A stretch of DNA of 64,000 bases from an uncultured Gammaproteobacteria bacterium (GCA_964390595.1 CAYMIA010000002.1:27686-91685), one strand, 5' to 3'; numbered from the stretch's first letter, positions 27,722 through 37,747 are shown. Notes: a model not told the origin generated them from the sequence alone. Numbers and translations are program-made.

Positions 27722-28510
27722 ATGGATAGTAACCTCATTGATGGCCGGGCCATTGCCCAAAGAAGAGAAAAGCTCCTGCAAGGCAAAATTAAAAAACTCA
27801 AAGTTAAACCTAAATTGGTCAGCATTCTCATTGGCGAAGATCCAGCCTCTGTCATTTATACCAATATGAAAAAACGCAAGGCTGAATCTCTAGGCTTAGA
27901 ATTTGAGTTAATTAAATTTGAAGCAGACGCTAAATTAGCTGATGTCGAAGCCCAGATTAAAGATTTGAATAAAAACAAACAAGTCCATGGTGTAATGGTT
28001 CAGCTGCCTTGCCCATTTCCAGAAGTTGTGGCATTGATCTCACCCAAGAAAGATGTTGATGGGCTCAACCCTAAATCCAAACAGATTCCAGCGACTATCA
28101 GAGGAGTTTTAACTCTCTTGGATGAAGAAAAAATTAATCTGAAAGGCCAAGTTGTTACTATCATTGGTGCCAGTGAGCAACTGGGGTTGCCTTTGGCCAA
28201 AGAGCTCAAAAAGCGCAAAGCCCTCGTCACAATTTGTGATATTAGTACCAAGGATTTAAGAGAACAAACTTTAAGATCTGACATTGTTTTTTCAGTGGCA
28301 GGCGAACCAGGGTTAATTATCGGCCGGATGGTTAAAGACGGAGTAGTTGTGATTGATATTGGTACCTCCCGGGTTGACAATAAACTGGTTGGAGATGTGG
28401 ATTTTGAATCAGTCGCCCCCAAGGCTTCTAAAATTACCCCTGTACCTGGAGGAGTCGGTCCCATGACCATTATCTCCTTAATGGAAAATCTGGTTGAAAC
28501 CGTGGCTTAA
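27722..28510 (+). CDS. folD: Bifunctional methylene-THF dehydrogenase / methenyl-THF cyclohydrolase
   Basis: IIDGRAIAQ...VSILIGEDPASVIYTNMKKRKAESLG, VQLP, DVDGLNP, C-terminal ITPVPGGVGPMT. Confidence 0.9.
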   Translation: MDSNLIDGRAIAQRREKLLQGKIKKLKVKPKLVSILIGEDPASVIYTNMKKRKAESLGLEFELIKFEADAKLADVEAQIKDLNKNKQVHGVMVQLPCPFPEVVALISPKKDVDGLNPKSKQIPATIRGVLTLLDEEKINLKGQVVTIIGASEQLGLPLAKELKKRKALVTICDISTKDLREQTLRSDIVFSVAGEPGLIIGRMVKDGVVVIDIGTSRVDNKLVGDVDFESVAPKASKITPVPGGVGPMTIISLMENLVETVA

Positions 28511-28528
28511 ATCACCTATAATACTAGC

Positions 28529-28807
28529 ATGGGTTTAATGGATAATCTCAAACAGTTCGGTGACTTAAAAAAGATGGCTGACCAAGCCAAGGAAATTCAA
28601 AAAAAGTTAAGTGGTATTAAAATCACCGTTGAACACAAAGGTGTCATAGTCGTCATGACCGCTGATCAAAAAGTTCTCTCCATCGATGGTGACCAGGACT
28701 TTGGTAAGATTACTGAAGCTGTTAACGAAGCCTTAAAACAATCTCAAAAAGTGGCTGCTGATGAAATGAAAGGCCTCATGGGTGGCATGGGCATCCCAGG
28801 AATGTGA
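28529..28807 (+). CDS. ybaB: YbaB/EbfC nucleoid-associated protein
   Basis: MADQAKEIQKKL...MKGLMGGMGIPGM and position next to recR. Confidence 0.85.
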   Translation: MGLMDNLKQFGDLKKMADQAKEIQKKLSGIKITVEHKGVIVVMTADQKVLSIDGDQDFGKITEAVNEALKQSQKVAADEMKGLMGGMGIPGM

Positions 28808-28833
28808 CCTGATTAGAGAATATCGATTATTGA

Positions 28834-29217
28834 TTATCGAATATATGTTCTAGTCTTTCTGATAAATCCTTGCAATATTTGTCCAGATAAATTAATTTGT
28901 TCGTTTAGACTATTAAAATCTTTTTCGCTAATGTAATTTACATCTTTTGCAATTAAAACAAAATTCTCTAATTCAGTTAGAGATCCTTTAGCGGTATAAT
29001 AAAATTGAAGTTTTTCTTTATATGTTTGCCTGCCAAATCCTTCTGCTATATTGGCAGTTACTGAGGCTACAGCTCTCCTCATTTGATCAATTAAAGAATA
29101 TATTTCTTCGCGAGGAAAGCCTTTAGTAGTTTTATAGATCATTAGGACCAATTTGTGGCTTTCAATCCAAACATTTAAATCCGTAAACTTTTCTATCTTA
29201 CCGTTTTTCATATTCAA
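28834..29217 (-). CDS. Four-helix-bundle protein (TIGR02436-type, so-called 23S rRNA intervening-sequence protein)
   Basis: FTDLNVWIESHKLVLMIYKTTKGFPREEIYSLIDQMRRAVASVTANIAEGFGR...KGSLTELE matches this family's consensus. Confidence 0.8.
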   Translation of the reverse strand: MNMKNGKIEKFTDLNVWIESHKLVLMIYKTTKGFPREEIYSLIDQMRRAVASVTANIAEGFGRQTYKEKLQFYYTAKGSLTELENFVLIAKDVNYISEKDFNSLNEQINLSGQILQGFIRKTRTYIR

Positions 29218-29311
29218 TAATCTGAAATCAATAATCTAAAATCACCAGCGCGATTGTACAGCATTAATGGGCTATTTTCTAGCCTCATAATCTGGTACAA
29301 TCAAGCTCAAT

Positions 29312-29908
29312 ATGGCGACCATTCCCAAGGTAGTAAAAGATTTAATTGAGGCGTTTGAAAGGTTACCTGGCATAGGTCCCAAAACCGCTCAAAGGTTGAC
29401 CTATTACCTTCTTCATGCTCCCAAAGAAGAAGCCCAGGCTTTAGCAGAAGCAGCAGTGGCTATGAAAGAAAAAACAGTTATCTGTTCAGTTTGTTTTAAT
29501 ATCTCCGAACAAGATCCCTGCGAAATTGACACCGATCCCAGCCGGGATAAAGAAGTCATCGCAGTTGTGGAAGATCCACTTGATGTTTTAGCGCTAGAGC
29601 GCGCTCATTTTAAAGGTCTTTATCATGTTCTTCATGGAGCGATCTCACCTTTAGAAAATATCGGTCCAGACGAATTGCATATCAGGGAGTTGTTGCCAAG
29701 ACTTAAGGATGGGGTAGTCAAAGAAATTATTTTAGCCACCAATCCGACCATGGAGGGAGAAGCGACAGCGATGTATATAGACAGATTAATTAGGCCTTTA
29801 GGAATCAAAGTCACCAGAATCGCCAGAGGCTTGCCTGTGGGAGGTGATTTAGAGTATGCAGATGAAACCACTCTCTCCCGCGCTTTAGAAGGCAGAAAAG
29901 AATACTAA
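29312..29908 (+). CDS. recR: Recombination protein RecR
   Basis: LPGIGPKTAQRLTYYLL (HhH), Cys4 zinc finger CSVCFNISEQDPC, Toprim ILATNPTMEGEATAMYI, ARGLPVGGDLEYADETTL. Confidence 0.92.
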   Translation: MATIPKVVKDLIEAFERLPGIGPKTAQRLTYYLLHAPKEEAQALAEAAVAMKEKTVICSVCFNISEQDPCEIDTDPSRDKEVIAVVEDPLDVLALERAHFKGLYHVLHGAISPLENIGPDELHIRELLPRLKDGVVKEIILATNPTMEGEATAMYIDRLIRPLGIKVTRIARGLPVGGDLEYADETTLSRALEGRKEY

Positions 29909-29956
29909 TTTTACTTGGTTGACTCACTGTGTCCATCTCCGCTAAAATCTCATTTT

Positions 29957-30433
29957 ATGTCTTACTTTCTAGAAATTCCCACACCAAAGCCAATTCAAGA
30001 TATCGGGTGCCAAGAATCTACAACCGAGTCAGGTACTTTTTTAATTAGAAAATTAAGGGAAACGCGCCGGCGCTTTGGTTCCAATTTGCCCAGACAAGGA
30101 ATCGCCTTTGGCGATAATTGGCATCAAGCTGGCCGTTTCCTACAAATGAAAGAAACTGGTGCCGAATGGCGTGAGCGTTTTAGTGATTTACTAGAGCGGA
30201 ATGGCGAAAAAGTAGTCGATCTAATCGCCAGTACTGCCGAACTAATGCGCCAAGATGCTGAATACCTCCAATTTCCATTTGATAGCCTAGCAGTTGTTGA
30301 TCTAACCCAAGAAAAACCACTTGACCTATCCAGATTAAAGAGGATCACTCAAGGCGCTTGGGGAGAAGCCTATGAGCTGACTCCAGACTTAACTCTTTAC
30401 CATTATCACCGCGGATTATTAGTGCTACAATAA
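29957..30433 (+). CDS. Hypothetical protein (~158 aa)
   Basis: ORF. ATG at 29957 is preferred over the upstream TTG. Confidence 0.45.
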   Translation: MSYFLEIPTPKPIQDIGCQESTTESGTFLIRKLRETRRRFGSNLPRQGIAFGDNWHQAGRFLQMKETGAEWRERFSDLLERNGEKVVDLIASTAELMRQDAEYLQFPFDSLAVVDLTQEKPLDLSRLKRITQGAWGEAYELTPDLTLYHYHRGLLVLQ

Positions 30434-30437
30434 CCAG

Positions 30438-31736
30438 ATGCTAAAAAGCTTTACCCTCCAAAATGGCTTGAAAGTCATCACCTATGCCATTCCTCAGATG
30501 CGCTCAATTAACTTAAGCATCGCTGCCAAAGCTGGCTCATTCTTTGATACTAAGCAAACCAGTGGTGCAGCTCATTTTATGGAACATCTGATAGTTCAGG
30601 GTATTCCTAGACTACCTAACGTTCAAAAATTCTCTGAGTTTATTGAAGGTATCGCTGGCTCCTATAATGCTGCCACCTATACTCAACATATTAAATTTGT
30701 GGCTACCTTTCCGGCCAATCATTTGAGCGATCTTTTAGATATTACCGCAGAGGTCTTTTTTGAACCACTTTTCCCCGAAGATAGCATTGAAAAAGAGCGC
30801 AACGCTATTTTAGAAGAGATCAAGCAAAGAAAAGATGCTCTCTGGTTTAAAAACTCCCACTTTTTTTCTCAGGTTAGATACACTAAAAATCACCCCTTGC
30901 AACTAGATGGTGGCGGATCAGAAGAAGCGGTTGCCAAATTAACTAAAAAAAATTTAACTGATTATTGGGCAAACTTTTTTTATCCCAAAAATACTTATTT
31001 GACTATTGTTGGCGGATTTGATTCAGCCCAGATTGAAGAGCAGATCAATCAAGTTTTTTCCAAATACCAATCAGACAAACAGTTTCCAGGTTTCCCCAAC
31101 TATACTTATGAACAGATGTCGGGCAGACAAGTCGCGATCCGTTCTGACAAAACTTTAAACACCTGCTATGTTGATTTTTCCTTCCCCTCCATCTCAGATG
31201 AATTCTCCACCAATGAAACATTGCCTCAATCAGTCATCAAAATCATTCTAGGGAACCTCCGGACTAGCCGGCTTTTTAAAGTTCTACGCCAAGATAAAGG
31301 ATTAGTTTATGGAGTGGGTTGTGGGTCGGCTCTTTATGATAAATTTGGTTACTTTGATATCTCTACTCAAGTTGATGCCCAAAATCTGGAGGAAGTTATC
31401 AAGATTATCTCAGAGGAGTTAGCCAGATTTATTCAGACTGGTCCAACCAAGCTGGAACTAGATGTAGCTAAAAATTATTTAATCAACTGGTACTTTATGC
31501 AATTTGATCATCCAGGTAATGTCATGAGCTGGATTGAAAACGAGTTGCTCTGGGACGATCAGATTTACATGCCAGAAGATTTAGCGTTAATGATGCAAAA
31601 GATAACCAAAAAATCCTTAATGGTGTTTTTGAAAAAATTCTGGGATTTAAGCAAACTCAATTTAACTATCCAAGGTCCAATCGAAAACACTAAAAAAAAC
31701 ATAAGTAAATACGAAACACTTATATCAAACCTCTAG
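30438..31736 (+). CDS. M16-family (pitrilysin/insulinase-like) zinc peptidase
   Basis: Inverted zinc motif HFMEHL (HxxEH) near the N-terminus. Length 432 aa. Confidence 0.8.
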   Translation: MLKSFTLQNGLKVITYAIPQMRSINLSIAAKAGSFFDTKQTSGAAHFMEHLIVQGIPRLPNVQKFSEFIEGIAGSYNAATYTQHIKFVATFPANHLSDLLDITAEVFFEPLFPEDSIEKERNAILEEIKQRKDALWFKNSHFFSQVRYTKNHPLQLDGGGSEEAVAKLTKKNLTDYWANFFYPKNTYLTIVGGFDSAQIEEQINQVFSKYQSDKQFPGFPNYTYEQMSGRQVAIRSDKTLNTCYVDFSFPSISDEFSTNETLPQSVIKIILGNLRTSRLFKVLRQDKGLVYGVGCGSALYDKFGYFDISTQVDAQNLEEVIKIISEELARFIQTGPTKLELDVAKNYLINWYFMQFDHPGNVMSWIENELLWDDQIYMPEDLALMMQKITKKSLMVFLKKFWDLSKLNLTIQGPIENTKKNISKYETLISNL

Positions 31737-31772
31737 CCCCCATATACTATATACGCTATACTAAATACCAGT

Positions 31773-32210
31773 ATGGCTGATGGAGGAAGAAGTTCGGGAT
31801 TTAGAAATTTAGCTAAAGATTTTTCTGAAGCGGTAATTAACCCAGTTAAAGATGAAATAGGCAAAGCTGTTGAGTCAGGTGTCCAATCCGTCGCCCCCTT
31901 TCCTAAACCCAAAACCCAGAATCCTCAAGACCCAAAGAGCCAACAGCAAGCGGCAATGGAGCAAAAAAAAGAAGAGATGAAAAAAATTAGAAACGTCAAA
32001 CTCTTCTTGAATAGATATACTGGACAAGAGCAAAGAGAGAGGCAGCTAAGAGAGCAAAGAAAACAAATGTATCAGCAACAAGATCAGCAGCAAAAACAAA
32101 AAGATCAGCGGATTAAAGATTTTAATATTGGAGAGCGAAAAAAAGAAGAAAATCTGGCAGTTAAAAATCTTAAATTGGCCCGGGAAACCCGCAAGGGTAT
32201 TGGCGGCTAA
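31773..32210 (+). CDS. Hypothetical Lys/Gln/Glu-rich coiled-coil protein
   Basis: Low-complexity segment QQQAAMEQKKEEMKK...QQQDQQQKQKDQR. Confidence 0.45.
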   Translation: MADGGRSSGFRNLAKDFSEAVINPVKDEIGKAVESGVQSVAPFPKPKTQNPQDPKSQQQAAMEQKKEEMKKIRNVKLFLNRYTGQEQRERQLREQRKQMYQQQDQQQKQKDQRIKDFNIGERKKEENLAVKNLKLARETRKGIGG

Positions 32211-32250
32211 GTACTTGCCTGCATAGCCTTAATTCAGTACAATCTCTGAG

Positions 32251-33600
32251 ATGAGTTTAAAAATCTATAATTCACTATCTAGAAAAGTTGAGGAGTTTAA
32301 ACCAATGAATCCACAAGATGTTGGAATGTATACCTGTGGTCCAACAGTTTATGACTATCAACACATCGGTAACTTCCGGACAATGATTTTTTCAGATCTA
32401 TTACTACGTTCCCTTCGGGCAAATGATTTAAAAGTCAAAGCGGTCAGGAACATTACTGACATTGATGACAAGATAATCAAAGGGGCGAAAGAAAAAGGTC
32501 TGCCTATTGATGAGTTTTCTAGGGAATATACTGAAAAATTTTTTGAAGATCTAGAAAAATTAAATATTACCCCCGTCGACATTAATCCAAAGGCCACTGA
32601 GCATGTTAGCAAAATGATTAAATATATTGAGAAACTGATTAAGAAAGGTTTGGCTTATGAAAAAGATAGATCTGTTTATTTTGATATCTCTGAGTTTCCA
32701 GATTATGGCCAGTTATCTCAAATTGATAAAAGAGAGTTAAAGACAGGCACCAGGATTTTATCTGATGAATATGAAAAAGATAACGTTCAAGACTTTGCCC
32801 TCTGGAAAGCAGTCGAGGAAGAGGAGTTTGGTTATGATTCACCCTGGGGTAAGGGCCGACCAGGTTGGCATATTGAATGTTCAGTGATGAGTCAAGAATA
32901 CTTAGGGGATACTTTAGATATTCATGTTGGTGGTATCGATTTACTGTTTCCTCATCATGAAAATGAGATCGCACAATCAGAAGGCTATACTGGCAAACCA
33001 TTTGTAAATTATTTTATCCATGGGGAACATATCTTAGTTGATGGAGCTAAAATGAGTAAATCTTTAAAAAACTTTTATGTTTTGGAAGATTTAGAAGCTA
33101 AAGGCTTTGAGGATCTGGCCTTCAGATATCTGGTTCTAAGTACACACTACCGAGACAAACAAAACTTTACTTGGGAAAGTCTGCAAGCTGCTCAAAACGC
33201 TTTAGGAAATATTAGAGATTCTTTAAGAGATCTACCCAAGCCATCAGTTGGAAGTCTTGCGCCCTCTGAGCATTATCAAAAATTCTTGGAAGCTATAAAT
33301 AATGATTTAAACATGCCCCAGGCCTTAGCTGTTTTACATGAGCTAATTAAATCAGATCTTGATCCTCTCCAAAAATCCACAGATATTTTAGCAATGGATC
33401 AAGTTTTGGGACTTAAACTAGGGGAGTATTTGGGTCAAAAAATAGAAGTACCAGAAGCAGTTTTAAAACTCATTGAACATCGGGAAAATGCTAGAAAAAA
33501 TAAAGATTTCAAAAGATCTGATCAGCTCAGAGATGAAATTAAAAAGTTGGGTTTTGAAGTAGAGGATTCTCAAGAGGGACCCAAAATTAAAAAAATTTGA
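32251..33600 (+). CDS. cysS: Cysteinyl-tRNA synthetase
   Basis: HIGH region CGPTVYDYQHIGNFR, KMSKS as KMSKSLKN, zinc-binding Cys/His positions. Confidence 0.92.
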   Translation: MSLKIYNSLSRKVEEFKPMNPQDVGMYTCGPTVYDYQHIGNFRTMIFSDLLLRSLRANDLKVKAVRNITDIDDKIIKGAKEKGLPIDEFSREYTEKFFEDLEKLNITPVDINPKATEHVSKMIKYIEKLIKKGLAYEKDRSVYFDISEFPDYGQLSQIDKRELKTGTRILSDEYEKDNVQDFALWKAVEEEEFGYDSPWGKGRPGWHIECSVMSQEYLGDTLDIHVGGIDLLFPHHENEIAQSEGYTGKPFVNYFIHGEHILVDGAKMSKSLKNFYVLEDLEAKGFEDLAFRYLVLSTHYRDKQNFTWESLQAAQNALGNIRDSLRDLPKPSVGSLAPSEHYQKFLEAINNDLNMPQALAVLHELIKSDLDPLQKSTDILAMDQVLGLKLGEYLGQKIEVPEAVLKLIEHRENARKNKDFKRSDQLRDEIKKLGFEVEDSQEGPKIKKI

Positions 33601-33639
33601 ATCCTTGAACTTTGGGTTTAATTTGGTTATGATCTTTGC

Positions 33640-34821
33640 ATGTCTCCTTTGGCAGACCGGATGCGCCCTAAGTCTTTAGCTGAATATATTGGCCAAAAAC
33701 ATATCCTAGCCCCTGAAAAACTTTTGTACAAAGCCATCAAAAACAATCAGCTTTTTTCGATGATTTTATGGGGCCCACCAGGTGTAGGCAAAACTACATT
33801 GGCCAGAATTATCGCCAATGAAACTGACTCAGACTTTGTTGAATTTTCCGCGGTTTCAACCGGAATCGCTGAGATTAAAAAAGTCTTTGAAACTGCATCA
33901 AAGGCTGGACCGCTGTTAAACAGAAAAACTGTGGTTTTTATCGATGAGATTCACCGCTTTAACAAAGCTCAGCAAGATGCTTTTTTGCCCTATGTTGAAA
34001 ATGGCACCATTACTTTAATTGGGGCCACCACTGAAAATCCCAGCTTTGAGGTGATTAGTCCGCTGCTTTCCCGATCCCGGGTTTTTGTTTTAGAACAACT
34101 ATCAGCTGATGATTTAAAGGATTTGATTAAAAGTGCTCTAACTAATGAAATAAATGGTTTGGGAAAGATGAAATTAAAATTAGATCAAGAAGCTTTAAAT
34201 CAATTAGTAGAACTTTCAGGTGGAGATGCTAGAGCAGCGCTAAATGCACTGGAAATTGCTGCTGCATCCCTTACCTCCCAAACCATCCTGACCTCTCCAA
34301 TTATTCAAGAAGCATATCAAAAAAAAGCTTTGCAATATGATAAGACTGGCGATGAACACTACAATACAATCTCTGCATTTATTAAATCGATGCGGGCTAG
34401 CAACGTTGATGCTTCCTTATACTACTTAGCCCGGATGGTGGAAGCCGGGGAGGACCCACTTTTTATCGCCAGAAGAATGGTCATCTTTGCCTCAGAAGAT
34501 ATTGGCATGGCAGATGAAGAGGCGCTAATCATCGCCAATGAAGTCTTTAGAGCTTGTGAAACCATTGGCTATCCTGAAGCCCAGATTAATTTAGCCCATG
34601 GGGTGACTTATCTAGCTTCTGCCAAAAAAGACCGCCGCAGCCATGATGCTTACTTTAAAGCTTTAGAGGATGTCAAAAGGTTTGGCAATCTGCCCATCCC
34701 AATGAATCTCAGAAATGCACCAACCAAATTAATGAAAGAATTAGGCTATGGCCAAGGCTACCAAAAATATACTAATCAAAGCCTACTTCCGGAAAAATTA
34801 AAGGATAAAAAATACTACTAA
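33640..34821 (+). CDS. rarA: Replication-associated recombination protein A (MgsA/WRNIP-type AAA+ ATPase)
   Basis: MRPKSLAEYIGQ.HIL, Walker A LWGPPGVGKTTLA, Walker B VVFIDEIHRFNKAQQDAFLP, TTENPSFEV. Confidence 0.88.
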   Translation: MSPLADRMRPKSLAEYIGQKHILAPEKLLYKAIKNNQLFSMILWGPPGVGKTTLARIIANETDSDFVEFSAVSTGIAEIKKVFETASKAGPLLNRKTVVFIDEIHRFNKAQQDAFLPYVENGTITLIGATTENPSFEVISPLLSRSRVFVLEQLSADDLKDLIKSALTNEINGLGKMKLKLDQEALNQLVELSGGDARAALNALEIAAASLTSQTILTSPIIQEAYQKKALQYDKTGDEHYNTISAFIKSMRASNVDASLYYLARMVEAGEDPLFIARRMVIFASEDIGMADEEALIIANEVFRACETIGYPEAQINLAHGVTYLASAKKDRRSHDAYFKALEDVKRFGNLPIPMNLRNAPTKLMKELGYGQGYQKYTNQSLLPEKLKDKKYY

Positions 34822-34825
34822 AACC

Positions 34826-34842
34826 TCAACCCCGCGGGTTGA
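34826..34842. repeat. Perfect palindrome TCAACCCCGCGGGTTGA, 3'-side flank of RAYT-2
   Basis: Self-complementary 17-mer. Identical copy at 35479-35495. Degenerate inverted copy inside the gene at 35050-35067. Confidence 0.85.
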
Positions 34843-34845
34843 TCA

Positions 34846-35433
34846 CTACTCTTCATCAATCAACAAATGTAAAATATAATCAAAATTCTTATAAGCAAAT
34901 TGTCCAGCAATAAAAGTTCTGTAATCATTTTTGGGATCATCACGCGCAAATAGACTTAGTACGGGGGTGGGAATACAAATGCAGTTTGTTCTCTCATTAA
35001 CATAATCATAAAGGGACGACCAAGGATAACTAATAACCTCTTCAATACTCCGACCCGCGGGGTTGAGATGGATGTAGGCCGTTAAGTATATCAGATAATC
35101 TTCTTTATCAACTAACTTGGCCTTAAATCGGCCTTGGATGACGCTCCCAACTTGTTCATATTTGATATTAAAGTATTTAGAATGACTTGTCGAAAGCCGG
35201 AGCATAAACTCACGAATTTGATCTGGCTGATTTTGTTTGAGCAAGAAATGAAAATGATTTGACATTAAACAGTATGCAATAACCTCCACACCAACTTTCG
35301 CGCCATAATCTTTAATCTTATTCAAAAAACGTTGGTAGTCTTGATCAACTAAGAAAATGGGCTGTTTCCGGTTCCCACGATTGTAAACGTGATAATAAGA
35401 ATCTTCTTGAAATAATCTTTGTGGTGTCGCCAT
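34846..35433 (-). CDS. IS200/IS605-family (RAYT-like) HUH tyrosine transposase, paralogue 2
   Basis: YYHVYNRGNRKQPIF...DYQRFL...AYCLMSNHFHFLLKQ...KYFNIKYE...FKA...YIHLNP. Shares all motif blocks with 2407-3051. Confidence 0.8.
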   Translation of the reverse strand: MATPQRLFQEDSYYHVYNRGNRKQPIFLVDQDYQRFLNKIKDYGAKVGVEVIAYCLMSNHFHFLLKQNQPDQIREFMLRLSTSHSKYFNIKYEQVGSVIQGRFKAKLVDKEDYLIYLTAYIHLNPAGRSIEEVISYPWSSLYDYVNERTNCICIPTPVLSLFARDDPKNDYRTFIAGQFAYKNFDYILHLLIDEE

Positions 35434-35478
35434 GCCAAACAGGCATTAGCAGGAGTTTAAAGCTAAGTATCCTATAAG

Positions 35479-35495
35479 TCAACCCCGCGGGTTGA
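35479..35495. repeat. Perfect palindrome TCAACCCCGCGGGTTGA, 5'-side flank of RAYT-2
   Basis: Lies 46 nt upstream of the RAYT-2 start codon. Confidence 0.85.
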
Positions 35496-35546
35496 TAAGG
35501 TTGATAATTCGTTGAAGAACTAACGTGCCTCTGTTAAACTAAAAGT

Positions 35547-36320
35547 ATGGACTTAATTCATGCACTGATAATCTCAGTTGTTGAAGGAGTCACCGAGTTT
35601 TTACCAATCTCCTCAACTGGCCATCAAATTTTGGTCGCCAAACTACTATCTGTACCCCAAACCGAATTTGTAAAAACTTTTGAGATTTTTATTCAACTGG
35701 GAGCAATTTTGGCAGTTTGTCTAATCTATTGGCGCAAATTTTTACAAAGCCAAAAAATTTGGATTAGTGTCTTAGTGGCTTTTATTCCAACAGCGATAAT
35801 TGGCTTTGCTTTATATAAAATTATTAAAAATGTCTTATTAGGTAATCTAATAGTGACAGTGCTAGCTTTATTTATTGGTGGAATCTTGTTAATTTTTTTA
35901 GAAAAGATGCATCAAGAAAAACAGTCCCAGACTTCCAAAGTTGAGCAAATGACTCTAAAACAGGCTATCGGGGTGGGGCTTGTCCAATCACTATCAATCA
36001 TTCCAGGTGTCTCCCGCTCCGCTGCCTCAATCCTGGGGGGAATGTACTTAGGATTAAAAAGAGAAACTGCCGTTGAATTTTCGTTTTTGCTCGCTATCCC
36101 AACCATGCTGGCTGCAACTGGTTTAGATTTAGTTAAAACCCACCTCAGTTTTAGTAGCAGTGAGTATGTCACTTTGGCAGTTGGATTTATTGGTGCTTTT
36201 GTAACCGCTCTTTTAGTTATTAGATGGTTTCTTAAATATATTCAGAAAAATTCCTTTGTCCCATTTGGTGTTTACCGGATTATTTTGGCGGTGCTGTTCT
36301 GGTTAATCTTTTTGCGATAG
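35547..36320 (+). CDS. uppP: Undecaprenyl-diphosphatase
   Basis: VVEGVTEFLPISSTGHQIL and PGVSRSAASI motifs. Multi-TM. Confidence 0.88.
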   Translation: MDLIHALIISVVEGVTEFLPISSTGHQILVAKLLSVPQTEFVKTFEIFIQLGAILAVCLIYWRKFLQSQKIWISVLVAFIPTAIIGFALYKIIKNVLLGNLIVTVLALFIGGILLIFLEKMHQEKQSQTSKVEQMTLKQAIGVGLVQSLSIIPGVSRSAASILGGMYLGLKRETAVEFSFLLAIPTMLAATGLDLVKTHLSFSSSEYVTLAVGFIGAFVTALLVIRWFLKYIQKNSFVPFGVYRIILAVLFWLIFLR

Positions 36321-36361
36321 CCTCTTGTCTTTTTAAAGCAAAGATTTTAAACTATAACGCT

Positions 36362-37744
36362 ATGGATCAAACAAAGATCACTGAGTCCCTCCAAAACTTA
36401 CTTCAAGAAGCCGTTTTAAAAATCCCAGCTGATTTTGCTGAAATCAGAGCGGAAGAAATTAGCGCCAGCCGGATTGAGTTTAAAGGAGCCAACCCCAACG
36501 TTATCGCTGAGCCCTACAGTCTCGGCTTTTTTATTAGAATCTTAATTAATGGCTCTTGGGGGATTGTCACCTTTAGTGATATTACTCTGCTTAAATCAAA
36601 AATTAATGAAGCTATCAAATTTGCCAAAATACAGGGTAAAGGCAATGTGATCTTAGCTGATCAAGTAGTAAATCTTGCATCAGTTACTGTCCCAATGAAA
36701 AAAGATTTTCGCCTTGTCCCATTTCCTAAAAAAGTCGCCTTAGTAAAAAATTATAATCAACTACTTTTAAAGTCCACCCCCGGAATTCAAACTACCAATA
36801 CAGTCTATGGCGATAATTTTTTAACTAAATTCTATGTCAACTCAAGAGGCGCCAATATTTTTCAGCAAAGACCCTACATTAGACTGTCTTATCAAGCGAT
36901 CGCCCAAAACAAAGATGTCATCGAAATTTCCAGGAACTCGCAAGGTCATGTTGGTGGCTTCGAAATTGTGGAAAATTTAGAACCAAATATCAGAACAACA
37001 GCCAAAGAGGCGGTCGAAATTGCCAAAGCCCCTAAAGTTAAATCAGGTAATTACACTGTAATTTTGGACCCCTACATGGCCGGCACCTTTGCTCATGAGG
37101 CCTTCGGTCATTTTTCCGAAGCTGATCATCAATATGAAAATCCCCAATTATTAGAGCAGATGCAAATCGGCCGGAAGTTAGGATCAGAGGCTGTCACTAT
37201 AATTGATGACCCATCAATACATGAAGCCTGGGGTAATTTTGTTTATGATGATGAGGGCTCTTTAGGTAAAAGAGTGAGTCTTTTAACCAACGGCTTTATT
37301 ACCGGCCGGTTACATTCGTTGGAAACTGCTGGCAAACTAAATGAACTTCCTAACGGTCGGGCTAGAGCTGATGGCTTTCATAGCAAACCGATCGTTAGAA
37401 TGTCCAATACTTTGTTTGTGGGAGGTAAGGAAAATTTGAAAAGCATGATCAGTACCACAAAGCAAGGAATTCTGGTCATCAACTGGATTGGTGGAATGAC
37501 CGCGATGGAAAACTTCACCTTTACTGCAGTCTATGGAGTTATGATTGAAAACGGCAAGTTAACTAAAAAGGTCAGGGGCGTTAAATTAATGGGCAACGTC
37601 TTTGAAACATTGAAAAATATCGATGCCATCAGTACTGACTTTCTTCATGATCAAGGTACCTGTGGTAAACAAGGTCAAAACATGCCAGTTGGCGCTGGCG
37701 GGGGATATGTCAGAATTAATAATATCACTGTCGGAGGAGAATAA
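36362..37744 (+). CDS. tldD: TldD-family metalloprotease
   Basis: FAHEAFGHFSEAD (HExxxH), Gly-rich C-terminus GAGGGYV. Confidence 0.8.
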   Translation: MDQTKITESLQNLLQEAVLKIPADFAEIRAEEISASRIEFKGANPNVIAEPYSLGFFIRILINGSWGIVTFSDITLLKSKINEAIKFAKIQGKGNVILADQVVNLASVTVPMKKDFRLVPFPKKVALVKNYNQLLLKSTPGIQTTNTVYGDNFLTKFYVNSRGANIFQQRPYIRLSYQAIAQNKDVIEISRNSQGHVGGFEIVENLEPNIRTTAKEAVEIAKAPKVKSGNYTVILDPYMAGTFAHEAFGHFSEADHQYENPQLLEQMQIGRKLGSEAVTIIDDPSIHEAWGNFVYDDEGSLGKRVSLLTNGFITGRLHSLETAGKLNELPNGRARADGFHSKPIVRMSNTLFVGGKENLKSMISTTKQGILVINWIGGMTAMENFTFTAVYGVMIENGKLTKKVRGVKLMGNVFETLKNIDAISTDFLHDQGTCGKQGQNMPVGAGGGYVRINNITVGGE

Positions 37745-37747
37745 ATT

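Larger units (their letters stand above)
34826..35495 (-). mobile_element. Minimal RAYT/IS200-like unit 2: palindrome, Y1-transposase gene, identical palindrome
   Basis: Same architecture as the unit at 2354-3075, but with a different cognate palindrome. Confidence 0.6.
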
